DNA of 64,000 nt from Fonticula alba ATCC 38817. Lineage: Eukaryota; Protista; Nucleariida. Where the stretch lies: assembly GCA_000388065.2 (NCBI GenBank), contig KB932201.1; one strand, written 5' to 3'. Position 1 is the first letter of the stretch; every line of letters begins with the position of its first letter. Shown here in pieces: positions 26,637 through 39,159 of the stretch. Made by a program: the position numbers and the translations under genes. Below the pieces are notes generated by a model. The model was not told the origin of the DNA. It was given only the letters and a program-made list of their open reading frames with translations, and did not search any database.

Positions 26637-27776
26637 ATGTCAGACTCAGCGCCTCCTCCCATCCGGCCCCTGCCGGAGACCGTGGTCAACCGCATCGCCG
26701 CCGGAGAGGTCCGCTCCCTCCGTTTCAAATCCAAATTACTTGCCTCTCTGCCCGCCCGCCCGCCCGCCCGCCCGCCTTCCCCCATTCGCCCGCTCTTCCT
26801 GAGGCTTACCGACCTCTCGCTCCCTCCCTCTCTTTGCCTGTGCCCGTCGCCGCAGGTCCTCGCACGACCGTCAAATGCCGTGAAGGAGCTCCTGGAAAAC
26901 AGCCTCGATGCGCGATCGACCACGGTGTCGGTTGCCTGCGCGCAGGGCGGCTTGAAGATGATGCAGATCACGGACAACGGATGTGGCATCGCTCCCGAGG
27001 ACTTCCGCTTCCTGTGCCGGCGCTTCGCCACCTCCAAGCTAAAGACCTACGACCAGCTGCAGGGCGGCGAAGTGGACACTTTCGGCTTTCGTGGCGAGGC
27101 TCTGGCCTCGGTCAGCCATGTGGCCCATGTGTCGGTGACCAGCCGCACGGCGGCCGGCGCGTGCGCCTTCCGCGGGACATTTCGCGATGGGGCCCTCTTG
27201 CCGATTGATGCCGGCATCGCGCCGGACCTCGGTGGCCCGGAGGACCCGGCCCCCGGGGAGGATGTCCTCCAGGCGTACCTCACCCCGACCTCCGGCACCC
27301 AGGGCACCGCCATCACGGTGGAGGACCTCTTTTACAATGTCCCCGCCCGGCGGCAGGCCTTCACCAATCCCCGAGCCGAGTATGTGCGCATCTTGGACAT
27401 AGTGTCACGCTATGCCGTGCATTATCCCGGGGTGGCCATCACCTGCCGGCAGCATGGCGCCAGCCGTGCCGACCTCTCGACTCCCGGCCGGTTGGCCTCC
27501 CCCCGGCAGGCCATCCAGGCCATCTACGGGGCGGAGGTGGCGCGCAATCTCCACGACATCGACATTCCGCGCGACACCACCGGCGACTTGAAGGTGGCCG
27601 TGCGCGGTCTCTTCAGCGCGGCCGAGTCGCGCTTCCGTAATCCGGTGTTCTTCCTCTTTATCAACAGTGCGTGGCGCCCTCGCTCCTCGCCTGCGCCCTT
27701 CGGCCATTCCTCCCCTCTGGACCTGGCCTCGCTGGCCCTGCTGTCTCTGCCACTGCACTTGCCGACTTTCCCGCTG

Positions 27777-27858
<82 letters not shown>

Positions 27859-29382
27859 GGCAGTTCATCCGGCTAGTCATCCGCATCCTCTCTGCTTCTT
27901 CTGCTTCTTTGGCCTCTTCTGCTGCTCTCGATTACCCATCCGACCATTGACCCACTCTGCTGTGGGATGCCTTGTCCTGCCTCTCTCCTGCCCCTGCGCT
28001 TCCTCTTTGCTATCCACCTGCACGCCGCATCCATCTCGCCAGATCGTGCCGTCTCCTCGCCCAGCCTCAAGCGCGCGGTTGATACCCTCTATGCCAACCT
28101 CATGCTGACGGCCGGCGGTAAGTCCTCCTTCGTTTACTTGAGCCTGACTCTGCCCGGGGCACATGTCGACGTGAATGTGCACCCCACCAAGCGCTTTGTC
28201 AACTTCCTGGAGGAGGACCGCATTGTGGAGTTGATCGTATCCACCATGGCCGATCGGCTGCAGACCGAGAACACGGCCCGGCGCTTTGAAGTTACCCCAC
28301 TCGGGTCCCCTGCGTTGGACATGGCGCCATCCACGCCACGGGCCTCGGCCTCCGGGCCACGGGCCCCGGACACCCCGTCCACACCAAGGACCCGGCCTTC
28401 CTCCAGCATCAGCTCCCAAACCTCCTCCCCGCAGTTTATGGTTCGCAACAGCAGTGCCAGCCAAACCCTGGACTCGTTTCTCCTGCGACGGGGAGACCTA
28501 CGCGCGGCGGCCGAACCCGGCACCGGGGCCATGGTGCTCGACGCCCCGGACACCCCCTCCGGACAGGCGACCGGCACGCCCAGCACCCTTCTCGACACTC
28601 CAACACGCGGGGCGCCCATCCTCCTTCGCTCGGTGCGGCTTCTGCGGCAACAATGCGTCGCGGCCAGCCACTCGGACTTGCTGGCCCTGGTCCGAGAGTC
28701 CATCTTCGTGGGGATCATCGATGGCCGGCGGTCGCTCCTGCAGCACGGCACCCGACTAATGACCTTCGACCATGTGCGCCTGGCGTATGAGCTCTTCTAT
28801 CAGCAAGTTCTGGTGCAGTTTAGCCAGTTGAACACTTTCGAGTTTGACCAGCCGCCTAGCGTGCGGGACTTGATGCTCCTGGTCACCAGTCATGGGCCAT
28901 TGCTGGAATCGGATGTTGCAGCCAGCTTGGCGGACAGCCTGACCGCCGGCCACACCTCGGCCGAGGATTTGGCCACCAAGCTGGCCGAGGTCCTGCTCGC
29001 CCGTGCCTCCATGCTGCAGGCCTACTTCGGCATTGGCATCGATGAGCAGGCCCGGCTGACGCACCTGCCGGTCATCCTGCCTGGGCACCTGCCGGTGCTA
29101 GCTCGACTGCCGATTTTCCTGTGCCGCCTGGCCCATCATGTGCCCTGGGCCGAGGAGTCCCCCTGTCTGGAGGGCCTGGCCCGAGAGCTGGCGCGCTTCT
29201 ACGCCCCGGACCCGCGGGACATCACCGATGCCGGTGGCGATGCCTTCGCGCGGCCTCTGGAGCAAGTTGTCTTCCCGTACATCAAAAGCTACCTCCTGCC
29301 GCCGGAGCACCTGGCCACCGACGGGTCCATCCTGCAGGTGGCCTCCCTGCCGGACCTGTACCGGGTATTCGAGCGGTGCTGA
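26637..29382 (+). CDS. MLH1: DNA mismatch repair protein MLH1, 3 exons
   Basis: IRPLPETVVNRIAAGE|V, KELLENSLDA, ITDNGCGI, RFATSKL, FGFRGEALASVSHVA, VEDLFYN, DVNVHPTKR, C-terminal LYRVFERC. Introns 26709-26855 and 27667-28042. Confidence 0.96.
27780..27854 (+). repeat. Pure (CTG)25 trinucleotide repeat in MLH1 intron 2
   Basis: Counted directly, 75 nt. Confidence 0.95.
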
Positions 29383-29755
29383 GCTGCGCTGCGGTTTGTT
29401 TCCCCTCCTCGGCCGTCTTTCCTTGACATCTGTCTGCCCCTCCGGGCCCCCTCTGTCACTTGACTTGCCCCCGGGAGGGGGGGGGGGTCTTGGATGAATA
29501 CATGGGCGAGCGAACTGGAAGATTGTGTGTATTGCATGCGTCACCGCGACGAGAAGCGAGTGGCAGGGAGGGGGAAAGGAGGAAGGAGGGGGGGGGGGCG
29601 GCACCAATGGGCACAGGTTGTTTGAAGGGAGTGTACCCGAGCTGTGGCGCGGTATGGCGTCAGCGGCACCAGCGGGGGTTTTCTAGGGGCCGGGCGGGGA
29701 GCAGGGGCCGGAGGAAGGGGGCAAGGAGGCGAACATATGGCCGACTGGCCAGTGC

Positions 29756-31802
29756 TCACGGACTGGCACGACCAGTGGTGGGGGCCATCTGGCTGGCAAG
29801 GCTATCTGACGATGATGACGAGGGAACCGGGCCGGAGGGCTGACCGGGCCCAAGTGGGCGGACTGCCAAAAGCACAAAGCGGGCCGGGAAGCGAGGTGGG
29901 GGAGGGAGGAGGAGGGGTCAGAAGACAGGGGGCCAGGCGTGGTGGCGCATGCATGACAAGGCACAAGACGAAGAAGGAGAAGCAGAAGAAGGAGAAGCAG
30001 AAGAAGGAGAAGCAGAAGAAGAAGAAGAAGAAGAAGAAGAAGAAGAAGAAGAAGAAGAAGAAGAAGAGCAGAGGCGGGGGGAGGACATGGAGGGAGGGAG
30101 TCCGTACGCATGATACCCTGCTGCAGGGCAACACTCAGCCAGTCATCCGGGATCTGGAGGCTGCCAACGATGTTCAGCTGGCGAGACTGAAGGGGAAGGA
30201 AAAAGAAGGGTCAGTGGACGGGCGAGAAGGGCTGGCCAAAGGCCCCGGCAGCTTGAACCAGGGACCCGGCCCTTCAAAAGGAAGGTGCCACGTACGGGAT
30301 AGCGGTCCGTGGAGTAGGGCACCAGGCGAATGGTCGTCCCGGCGACGGTGGCCACACCACCGGCAGGAGCCGAGGCCGGGCGTGCGATTGGGGTCGACCC
30401 CGGAGGGGCACCACCCTCGGCCACTGGGGGTGGGACAGTGGCAGCCTGGGCGGGGGCTTCCGCGATGCCCGACGGGGGCACGCTCGAGCCGGGTGCATCT
30501 GGCTCGGCAGTGGCCGATTCGGAGGCCAGCGACTCCGGAGTGGCTGACTCGGAGATCGGGGAATCGGAAGCAGCACTGTCCGCTGCCTGGAGGAGAGCCA
30601 ACAGCGGGTGGTTGTGACGCCGGGCCGCGGAACCGGTGCCTGGGCGGCTGGCCGGCGGCTGCACTGCGGTCGAGGAGGCAGGCGATGCCAGGGAGGCGCC
30701 GGACAAGCTGGACTGGTCGGAATCCGCGCCCGGCACCACAGCCCGCACCGAAGTGACGTCCACAGGTGGGGTAAGCCGCGTCGGCTGGACGTCCAGGGGC
30801 TCAAACTGCCCAGCAAGGCCGGGCGAGGAGGACCCCGGTGTAGCCGGGGTCGAGGGACGGTCCGCGGTAGTGGGCGCGGCCGGGGCCGTCTGAACAGTCG
30901 GCGCGGCCTGGGCAGCCGGGGCAACGGGAACAGCCGGGGCAGCTGCAGCGACCGGGGCGGCTCGGGCCGCAGGGGCAGGCGGCTGCTGTGCCCGAGGCAC
31001 CGGGGCGGCTCCAGGCGCGCCAGGCGCCGCAGGTGCGGCCTGCGCCGCGGCCTCTTCGGCGCCTGAGAGAACGCTGACACGGCAAGTGGGACACTTCTGC
31101 TGGCGCTCCAGCCAGGGACGCAGGCAGCTGAAGTGGAAAATATGTCCACAGGGCAGCTGGACGTGGGAGTGAAGGGAGGATAGGACGAGAGAAGGAGAGA
31201 GGGAGGGGGCGGGCAGCCGAGGTTGAGGGAAGTGTGACAGAAGACGGTGAGTCGGCCAGCCTGTCTGCCAGGGACATGATGGAGCCCAAAGGCGCACCTT
31301 CTTCGATCCGGCGGCATCCATGTCCTCGCGGCAGATGATGCACGTCGGGTCGCCAGCTTGCAGCTCCTCGGTCGTGGGATTGACAAAGCGCCGGTTGAGG
31401 CGCCGGACGGCGCGAATGTACATGATCATGGCCATGGCCCGACGGGTGAAGGACCGCGCCGTGAGGAACAAGTCGCATAGGGTGTGAATTGGCAGGCCAT
31501 AGTATGACAGCAGGGCCAGGAAGAAGGCCCCATGCAGCAGGAGCTTGAAGAAGTCCTGCGTCAGGTCCAGCGCCAGATCCAGTGGCGAGTCGGTGTGCTG
31601 CCGCAGGTTGGTCGAGCCAATGATGTACTTGATCACAGTGCCGAAGAGGAGCGACACAAAGAGGACAGCAAACTAAGGATGGGAACGCGAGCAGGAGTGT
31701 CGCATATGTGTGTGCGCGCGTGTTAGTGGGGACAAAGATCACAAGCACGCGTAGCAGGGTGAGGGCGTGAGACGGGCGTGTGTATGCGCGTGTGTGTGCG
31801 TG

Positions 31803-31851
<49 letters not shown>

Positions 31852-32333
31852 ATGCGAAAGAGAGAGGGAGAGGGAGGGGGGAGGAGGCGGAAGGGGACGT
31901 GCCTCAAAGGCAAAGACCAGCAGCATGGATGGGCCATAGCGGCTAACATGGCTCATAGCGCGCCATGTGGAGAAAATGTCGATGCTGGCCAGGAGCAATG
32001 ACAGAGTGACAATCTGCGCGTGGAATGCGAACCCCTGATGGGGAGAAAGACTCATCTGCGGGGCGGGGAAGGTCGGCGGTAAGTACAGGGCGGGGGTGAT
32101 GGGGAGGGAGGACACAAGGGGGCCGGGCCGACCAAACACGCACATGTGCGACACGGTCATACAGGGCCCAATGGAGCCATTTGACCAGAAGCAGGCCCGC
32201 AAAGAGGATGACCGCGCGCGAGTCGAATTCATCGCGGAACATGGTCATCGCGAAGAAGGTCTCCGTGACGGCCAGCCAGAGCTGCTCATGCAGTGTCTGT
32301 CTCGGCAGCGCCCAGAGCCGCGCAGAGTCCCGG

Positions 32334-32406
<73 letters not shown>

Positions 32407-32626
32407 GGGGGGAGGAAAGAAGAGAGCGGGGCTGAGAGGTGAGATGATGCGAGGAAAGAAGTGCGACGGGAAAAAAAAAAACAAGCAAAACACATGCCGG
32501 GCATTGAGGGTGTTGAGGAAGGGAACGCACGCCGGTATCCATGAAACTGAATTCCCCGAAGAAGAAGATGCGCTCGCACAGCTTCTTCAGGGCCCACATC
32601 AACACAAGCGCCATGTTGACCATGAG
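29756..32626 (-). CDS. SYVN1: ERAD E3 ubiquitin ligase HRD1/synoviolin; first exon probably in gap 32666-33093
   Basis: FFGEFSFMDTG|TLHEQLWLAVTETFFAMTMFRDEF, LLLVKWLHWALYDRV, SMLLVFAFE|FAVL, and RING-H2 CIICRE...LPCGHIFHFSCLRPWLERQQKCPTC followed by an Ala/Pro-rich tail. Inferred last two exons are about 30178-30109 and 29864-29756. Confidence 0.9.
29971..30066. repeat. 3 x 15-bp unit (AAGAAGGAGAAGCAG) plus (AAG)17 in the last HRD1 intron
   Basis: Read directly; (CTT)n on the HRD1 sense strand. Confidence 0.9.
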
Positions 32627-34306
32627 CTGGGGGGGGGGGGGGATGCATCAGCCGAGGGGGAAGCGNNNNNNNNNNNNNNNNNNNNNNNNNNNNNNNNNNN
32701 NNNNNNNNNNNNNNNNNNNNNNNNNNNNNNNNNNNNNNNNNNNNNNNNNNNNNNNNNNNNNNNNNNNNNNNNNNNNNNNNNNNNNNNNNNNNNNNNNNNN
32801 NNNNNNNNNNNNNNNNNNNNNNNNNNNNNNNNNNNNNNNNNNNNNNNNNNNNNNNNNNNNNNNNNNNNNNNNNNNNNNNNNNNNNNNNNNNNNNNNNNNN
32901 NNNNNNNNNNNNNNNNNNNNNNNNNNNNNNNNNNNNNNNNNNNNNNNNNNNNNNNNNNNNNNNNNNNNNNNNNNNNNNNNNNNNNNNNNNNNNNNNNNNN
33001 NNNNNNNNNNNNNNNNNNNNNNNNNNNNNNNNNNNNNNNNNNNNNNNNNNNNNNNNNNNNNNNNNNNNNNNNNNNNNNNNNNNNNNNNNNNNNGGGGGGG
33101 GGGGAAGGAGCGAGGGGAGAGCCGCCGGGGACAGCGCGAAAGAGGGCAGCGAGGAGAGGGGAGAGAGAGGGAGGGGAGGCGGGAGTGGGGAGCGCGCGAC
33201 GGGGAGTAAGGGAAAATAGGGGGCGGAGCGAGGGCCAGAGAAGCAAGGACGAAGCGAGGTACCACACCCGGGCTCAGGAGGCCCGCAGGAGGGGCCCCTT
33301 CAGCTTCATCGGGGATCACAAACAGGAGAGACCAGATCCCATAAGACGAGGTGAGGGAGGGGAAAAAAGAGCGGTGTCATATCCCCCGGGTCAGACATGG
33401 TGCGAGTCCGTTTGTGCACGTACGTGCACAAACGAGCAAATGCTAGCGGCGATCTGAAGGGCTCACATTGCCCAGCAGGGAGTATGATGTTCACTCAACC
33501 GCCTAGACGAGACCCCCCTCCGGGCAAGGATGTATCCGTGTCCAACGCACTCTCGAGCCAACAGCCATACTCCACGATTAAGGAAAGCCGCTTTCAGGCC
33601 CACGGACGAATAGGCAGGCGACCCGCGGCCGGCAGGGCACTCTCCAGGCGCACCGAGCCTCAGGTTGGATCCTTGGGTTCGCTCGTCCCGCCGCCCCGCC
33701 CCTCGCCCCCCCCCCCTGCCCATGCCCCCGATCGGCGGCGCCAGGACAGTTGGGGAGGGCTCGCAGGGGCTCCCGGAAACGTCTGGCACTGGCTCCCAAA
33801 AGAAGATGCGACCTCCGCCCTTCTGCTTCGCCCCCCCGGGGAGAGGGGAGTGTGTTTCGTTGAGGCCAACAGTGTGCAGGGAGAAAAAAAATAATGTCCC
33901 AGCCCCCCTCCCCGGCCCGCTCGCTCGCTCGCAGAATGGTCGCGGCTCCGGGAGAAGTATTTTGACAAGGGCCCGATCAGCTGACAGCTGGGTTAAACTT
34001 TCCCGTGATTCCAGGTGGGCAGATTCTGCCGATTCCAGAACATTGGCAAGGTGGATTTCTGGTCGCCAGGCGAGATGTCGGTGCCGTTGTGCACACTACC
34101 ACGCGCCACGGAGAGGAAGAGGGGGCAAAGACCCGATGCCAGAGGGGAGAGAGAGAGAGAGAGAGGGAGGGAGGGAGGGGATATCCGTGGAGAACAAGAG
34201 GCAACAGATATATTGAAGGAGTGAGAGAGAGAGAGGAAGAGGGAGAATCCACATCTTGCGGCAGGAGGGATGGTCACCCTGCATGTATGTTGACCGAGAG
34301 CCCTGC

Positions 34307-35097
34307 CTACCGCCTCCCGAGCATGGCGCCCAGCCTGGCGGCCATGTGGGCATCGGTATCGGTGTCGTCGCCGTCGGAGCCATCCTCATCGTCCTCGGTG
34401 CCATCGCTGTCGGAACCGGTATCAGCACCGGAGCCTTCATCGTCGGAGGAGTGGTGGTGGCGCTCGCCGTGGTAATTGGAGAAGCGGAACTCGCTCTCGG
34501 GCCCGGCGGCATCGCAGTCCTCGCTGTCCGAGGCGGCGGAGACGCGCTTCGGCTCGGGCAGATCGGCCGGCCTGGGGGACATGGTGGTGGAGGAGGAGGA
34601 GGATAGTTTAGTGGCATGCCGCGGCAAGTACCAAGGGGGAAAGTAGGAGGATAGGCATGTGTCTATGTCTGAGAGAGAGAGAGAGAGAGGGAGAGGGAGA
34701 GGGAGAGAGGTAGAAATAGGATGAGGGAAACACAGACGCACCAGATCCCCTGGGCCTTGAAGCGGCGGACGTGCTCCGCTCGGAGGACATGCAGGATGGT
34801 GCCGACGCGCTTGCCCCCGACCCCGGGGGTCTCGGCGATCTCGGCCACAACAAAGTCACTGCTCCGGATCCAGAGGGTCCCGCGAAGCTTGGGCTGCAGC
34901 TGGGCCAGGATCTCCACCTGCCCGGGGGCTTCGGCGATGTTGGATCCCGCCGGGACAAGGTGCTCAGAGGAAGGGGCCAAGGCCAGGCGGAACTGGTTGC
35001 CCCCGGTGGACTGGGTGACCAGAGCCACTACCTGGCGCTCATGCTCCGGCGTGGGATCCGTATCGAGCAGGGCATTCAAACGCTTCCGGTGGAGCAT
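34307..35097 (-). CDS. EIF1AD: eIF1A-domain (OB-fold) RNA-binding protein with acidic tail
   Basis: VVALVTQSTGGNQF...ILAQLQPKLRGTLWIRSSDFVVAE...ILHVLRAEHVRRFKAQGIW|P matches the EIF1AD pattern (VLRTPGNNL..MPSKYRKNIWIKRGDFL..HVRSLQKEGFWP). One in-phase GT-AG intron. Confidence 0.75.
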
Positions 35098-35303
35098 GCT
35101 GTGGGTGCGCGGGCGTAGATGTGTGTGGTTGTAGAGGAAAGGGTGGGCGGGGGCGGGGACGGGGGGAGGGGTGGGGAGAGGGGCGGAGGGATGTCGGGAA
35201 GGGGAGGAGTTGTTGATCGAATGATTGAAGGGCAGCTGCCATCCTGCCGCCAATGCGGCCCTTGTGCACATGTATATGTGCGTGTGCAAGGTGGGGGAGG
35301 GTA

Positions 35304-35341
<38 letters not shown>

Positions 35342-36309
35342 CAGCGGCCAGTCGCCCTGGCGTGCGTGCGTGCGTGCGTGCGTGTGTGTGTGTGTTGTTC
35401 CTGAGCATGCGTGTACGTCAGGGGCGGGGCGGCGTTGCGATCTGCGGTCTACCTGCCAATGGTCGGAGCACGCCATCTCCGTGCGCGCGCGCGCGGTCCT
35501 ACAGCACCCGGAGAGAAGAGGAGCACACCACGGGGCGACCGTGCGTCCCTCGGCTCACAGCGCCCCACACGCCCAGTCTGCACGGCGCGCGGGCCAAGGC
35601 GACCCCGGGCAGGGGGAGACCCGAGGGCGTCGAGGCCGCACGGGGCATGCCAAAGGCCAGGGGACCTCCCCCACTTGCAGACCGAAGGACCGAGCGTCCG
35701 GGCGCCGATGCTCCCGCCGCACAGAAGTATGCTTGAACAGGGGACGCACCCACCCGGAGCGCACCAGGGAGCCAGTTGCCAGGTCGCCCGCCCTGGGGAT
35801 TATAGGAGAGGGGGGTTGTTGTACCATTTGTCCATGTGTCGATTCGTGTCACGTGCCGTTCCCGCACTCGTGGTGTCCTCCCGGCCCCGCGCGCGGGGAT
35901 CTCTCCCTGGCCCGGAAAGCTCTCGGCGCGCGGACGCGCGCGCGCATGCCCGCCCTCCCTCCCACCCCACACGCGCACACACTCACAGCCAGGGAAGGCG
36001 GTGCCAGCAGGCCTGCTTTGTGGCGGCCACCGGCACGCGGGGTGTCGATCTGCGTCGGCTGAGCCTCATCGGCCACCCGTTCCGCGGAGGCCGGGCCAGC
36101 GTGGTAGCACCCTTCCCCTCTCCCCCTCCCCAGCCCCACACAATCCATCCCCTCCGCTCCCCCCCCCCTCCCCCTCCCTGCCCTGTGCCCGCGTGCCCTC
36201 GCCGCCGCCGCCGCCGCCGCCGTCACCTGGCCCTTGCTCCCTTCCCCTCTCCTCCACATTTTCACCCGCATCCCCGCTGGCCGCTGCCCCATAATCCCAC
36301 AACGCCACC

Positions 36310-37812
36310 ATGCAGAGCGACGAGGTCATCTGGTCGATCATTGACCGTCAGTTTTGCTCGTACAAGGTCAAGTGCGTGCGGTCTCCGAGGGGGTAGCCCC
36401 GGTTCCCTATGCGTGCCGCACTCCCCCCCGCCCCCCCTCTTATTTGCCGCTGCCAGCCATCTCACCTTTCGCCCTGCACACTCGCCTGGCCCAGGCTTGA
36501 TACCGGGAAAAAGTTCTGCCGCAACAAGTACAATGTCACCGGTGAGTGCCGCCGTGACGCCTGCCCCCTGGCCAACAGCCAGTACGCCACTGTGATCGAG
36601 GAGGAGGGTGCGTCCCACGTGCTGCACTTGGATTCTGAGCCTGGCTCCGGCCCCTGACCCGAATAACACACCCTCCCCCTCCATCCCCTTCTCCCTCTCT
36701 CTTTGTGCAGGCATTCTGTACCTCTACACCAAGACCATCGAGCGTATCCACACCCCGGCCAAGATGTGGCACCGCCTGAAGCTGTCCAAGAACTACGCCA
36801 AGGCCATGGAGCAGGTCCACACCACGCTGCGCTACTGGCCCTCCTTCCTGCGGAACAAGTGCAAGCAGCGCCTGACCAAGATGGCGCAGTACCTGGTCCG
36901 CGCGCGGAACCTGGCCAAGAAGACCGAGAAGTGCGTGGCCGAGTTTTGCACACGCGCATGCACACGCACACACGCACGCACGCACACACACACGCACACA
37001 CACACACACACGCACACACACACACGCACACACACACACACACGCACACACACACACACACACATGGATTTATCTTTACGCATATTTATACACGCACATG
37101 CAATGCCATCATGTGCCACGCTTCGGAGACCAAACCCTGACCCCTGCCTCTCCTTTTGTGGCGCCTGGCTGCCCGGCCGGCACCCACGTCCAGGGTCAAG
37201 CTCATCCCCGTCAGCCGGAAGGTCGAGCGTCGGCTGCGCTCGCGCGAGGCCAAGGCCCTCAACGCGGCCAAGCTCGAGAACACCATCGAGAAGGAGCTGC
37301 TCCAGCGTCTGCAGAGCGGAACCTACGGTGACATCTACAACTTCAACCAGTCGGCCTTCACCTCGGCCCTGGACCAGCAAACGGTCGAGGACGAGATCGA
37401 GGACGAGCTGGAGGAGGAGGAGGCCGAGCTCGAGCTCGAGGATGACGCCGACTTCGAGGCGGTCTACTCCTCGGACGACGAGGACTACTCCTCCGGCTCG
37501 GACGATGACACTCTCTACGAGCAGGAGGAGGAAGACGAGGAGGATCTCGAGGGCGAATGGGTCGAGAATGGCCCCGACGGCTCGGACGATGAGGATGACC
37601 TGGAGGAGTTCCCCCTGAACGATTCGTGGGGCGCGTCCGATGATGAGGAGGCCCCCGCGGCCCCGGCCCCCGGCAGCAAGAAGCGCTCGGCCGGCTCGCA
37701 GAAGTCCGGCGGCCCCGCCGCCAAGCGTCGCGTGCATGGCGCCGGTGGCAGCTTCCTCGAGATCGAGTACGAGAAGGAGGATGAGACCCCGGCGCAGCTG
37801 GCCTCCAACTAG
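36310..37812 (+). CDS. MAK16: 60S ribosome biogenesis protein MAK16, 4 exons
   Basis: [98 protein letters not shown], acidic tail. Confidence 0.95.
36945..37063 (+). repeat. (CA)n/(CACG)n microsatellite in MAK16 intron 3
   Basis: Read directly. Confidence 0.95.
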
Positions 37813-38267
37813 GGGGGCTATGCGTGCATGTGTGTATGGCTGGCAAGCGGCTAGGCTACTCTGCTGCTGCTGTTGCTCGCCCCCCCCCCCCCTTCTGTCT
37901 TCCTCTCCCCCTCCCTTGCCCGTCCCTTTACGAGAACAGCACCTGTGGCCACCCTCAGTTTCTGCTGCACCGTTGCGCCCCTCCACCATTCCCTTGTTCC
38001 CTCTCATCCTTGTGATGATGCCCGCCAGCATGAGCTGTGCGAGCTTCGCACACACCCCCTGTGCACGTCACTCCCGCCATCATGCAGCTCCCCCCCCCCC
38101 CTGCTCCTCCCTGTCCTGAACGACTCAAATAGACAAATAATTATCTCCCAGCTCGCGTGCATCCATTCCACGTTGCTGTCTCCCCCCCCCCCTTCCTTCC
38201 TTCTCTGGCGGAAGCCAACACACGCCGACATTCAAATGTGCATGCAGCTTGAGCGAGGACAATCCTT

Positions 38268-39159
38268 TCATTTGGGCAAAGATACCCGGCTGGCCACCTC
38301 GGCCACCAGCCACCGGAAGGCCTGTTGGATTTGCTGCTGTCCGGCCGGCGTGTGGGCGCTGCACCCGAAAATGGCCCACTGTCGTTGAGGCCGCGGACCG
38401 GGCAGCTCAGCCGGGTGCCCGGGAGGCGGTGCCGTCGGAGCCTCGCCGAGGCCCAGTTCGGCGGCCACGCGCTCCGGAGGCAGGGCTCCGGGCATGTCCT
38501 GCTTGTTGGCCAGGATCAGCAGGGTGGTGCAGATCTGGCTCTCCTCCTGGAGGATGCTGGATAGCTCACTGCGGCAGTCGGCCAGGCGCCGGGGGTCCGA
38601 CGCATCCACCACCCACACCAGGGCCTCGGCCGCATAGAAGTAATTCCGCCAGAAGGATCGCAGGGTCCGCTGGCCGCCGACGTCCCAGATGTTCAGCGTG
38701 AACCTGATCCTCCCACCGAGACGGAGGGGGTGAAGGGGCGGAGGGGGGACGCAGGGCCAGGGTGTGTCAGCTCGGGTGTTTGGCCGGTGGGGAGAGGGGG
38801 GCGGGGGCGACGGGCAGGCCACGGGCCGAGGGGCAGCGGACGTACCCATCGATCTCGTGTGAGCGGATGTTGAAGCCGAAGGTGGGTTCAATGCCGGCCG
38901 TGTCCGATCCCAGGAGGGCGTGCGTGACGGTGGTCTTGCCGGCATTGTCGAGGCCACTGGCGGGAGTGCGAACGCAGAGCCACATGCGGGTGAGAGGGCG
39001 GCAGAGCCGGGAAGCCAGAAAGACCAGCAGGACGGGGGGGGGGAGGGCGAGAAAAGAAGGCAAGAAGGAGGGATGCACGGAAGAGGGCACGCACAGCACT
39101 AGAACGCAGATCTCCTGCTCCTTCTGCTGCTGCTTGCTGAGGAAGGTGTTGAAGCCCAT
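38268..39159 (-). CDS. ARL2: Arf-like small GTPase ARL2 (divergent), 3 exons
   Basis: MGFNTFLSKQQQKEQEICVLVL|GLDNAGKTT, PTFGFNI, NIWDVGGQRTLRSFWRNYF, VWVVDASD, LANKQD, GCSA. N-terminus and G-boxes match ARL2. Introns are in phase. Confidence 0.83.

Noticed and set aside
27524-28108. Poly-Ser, poly-Cys, poly-Ala and poly-Gln-type ORFs in several frames over the CTG tract (and poly-Lys/Phe ORFs at 29644-30134)
   Set aside because: Translations of intronic trinucleotide repeats; the flanking exons join correctly without them.
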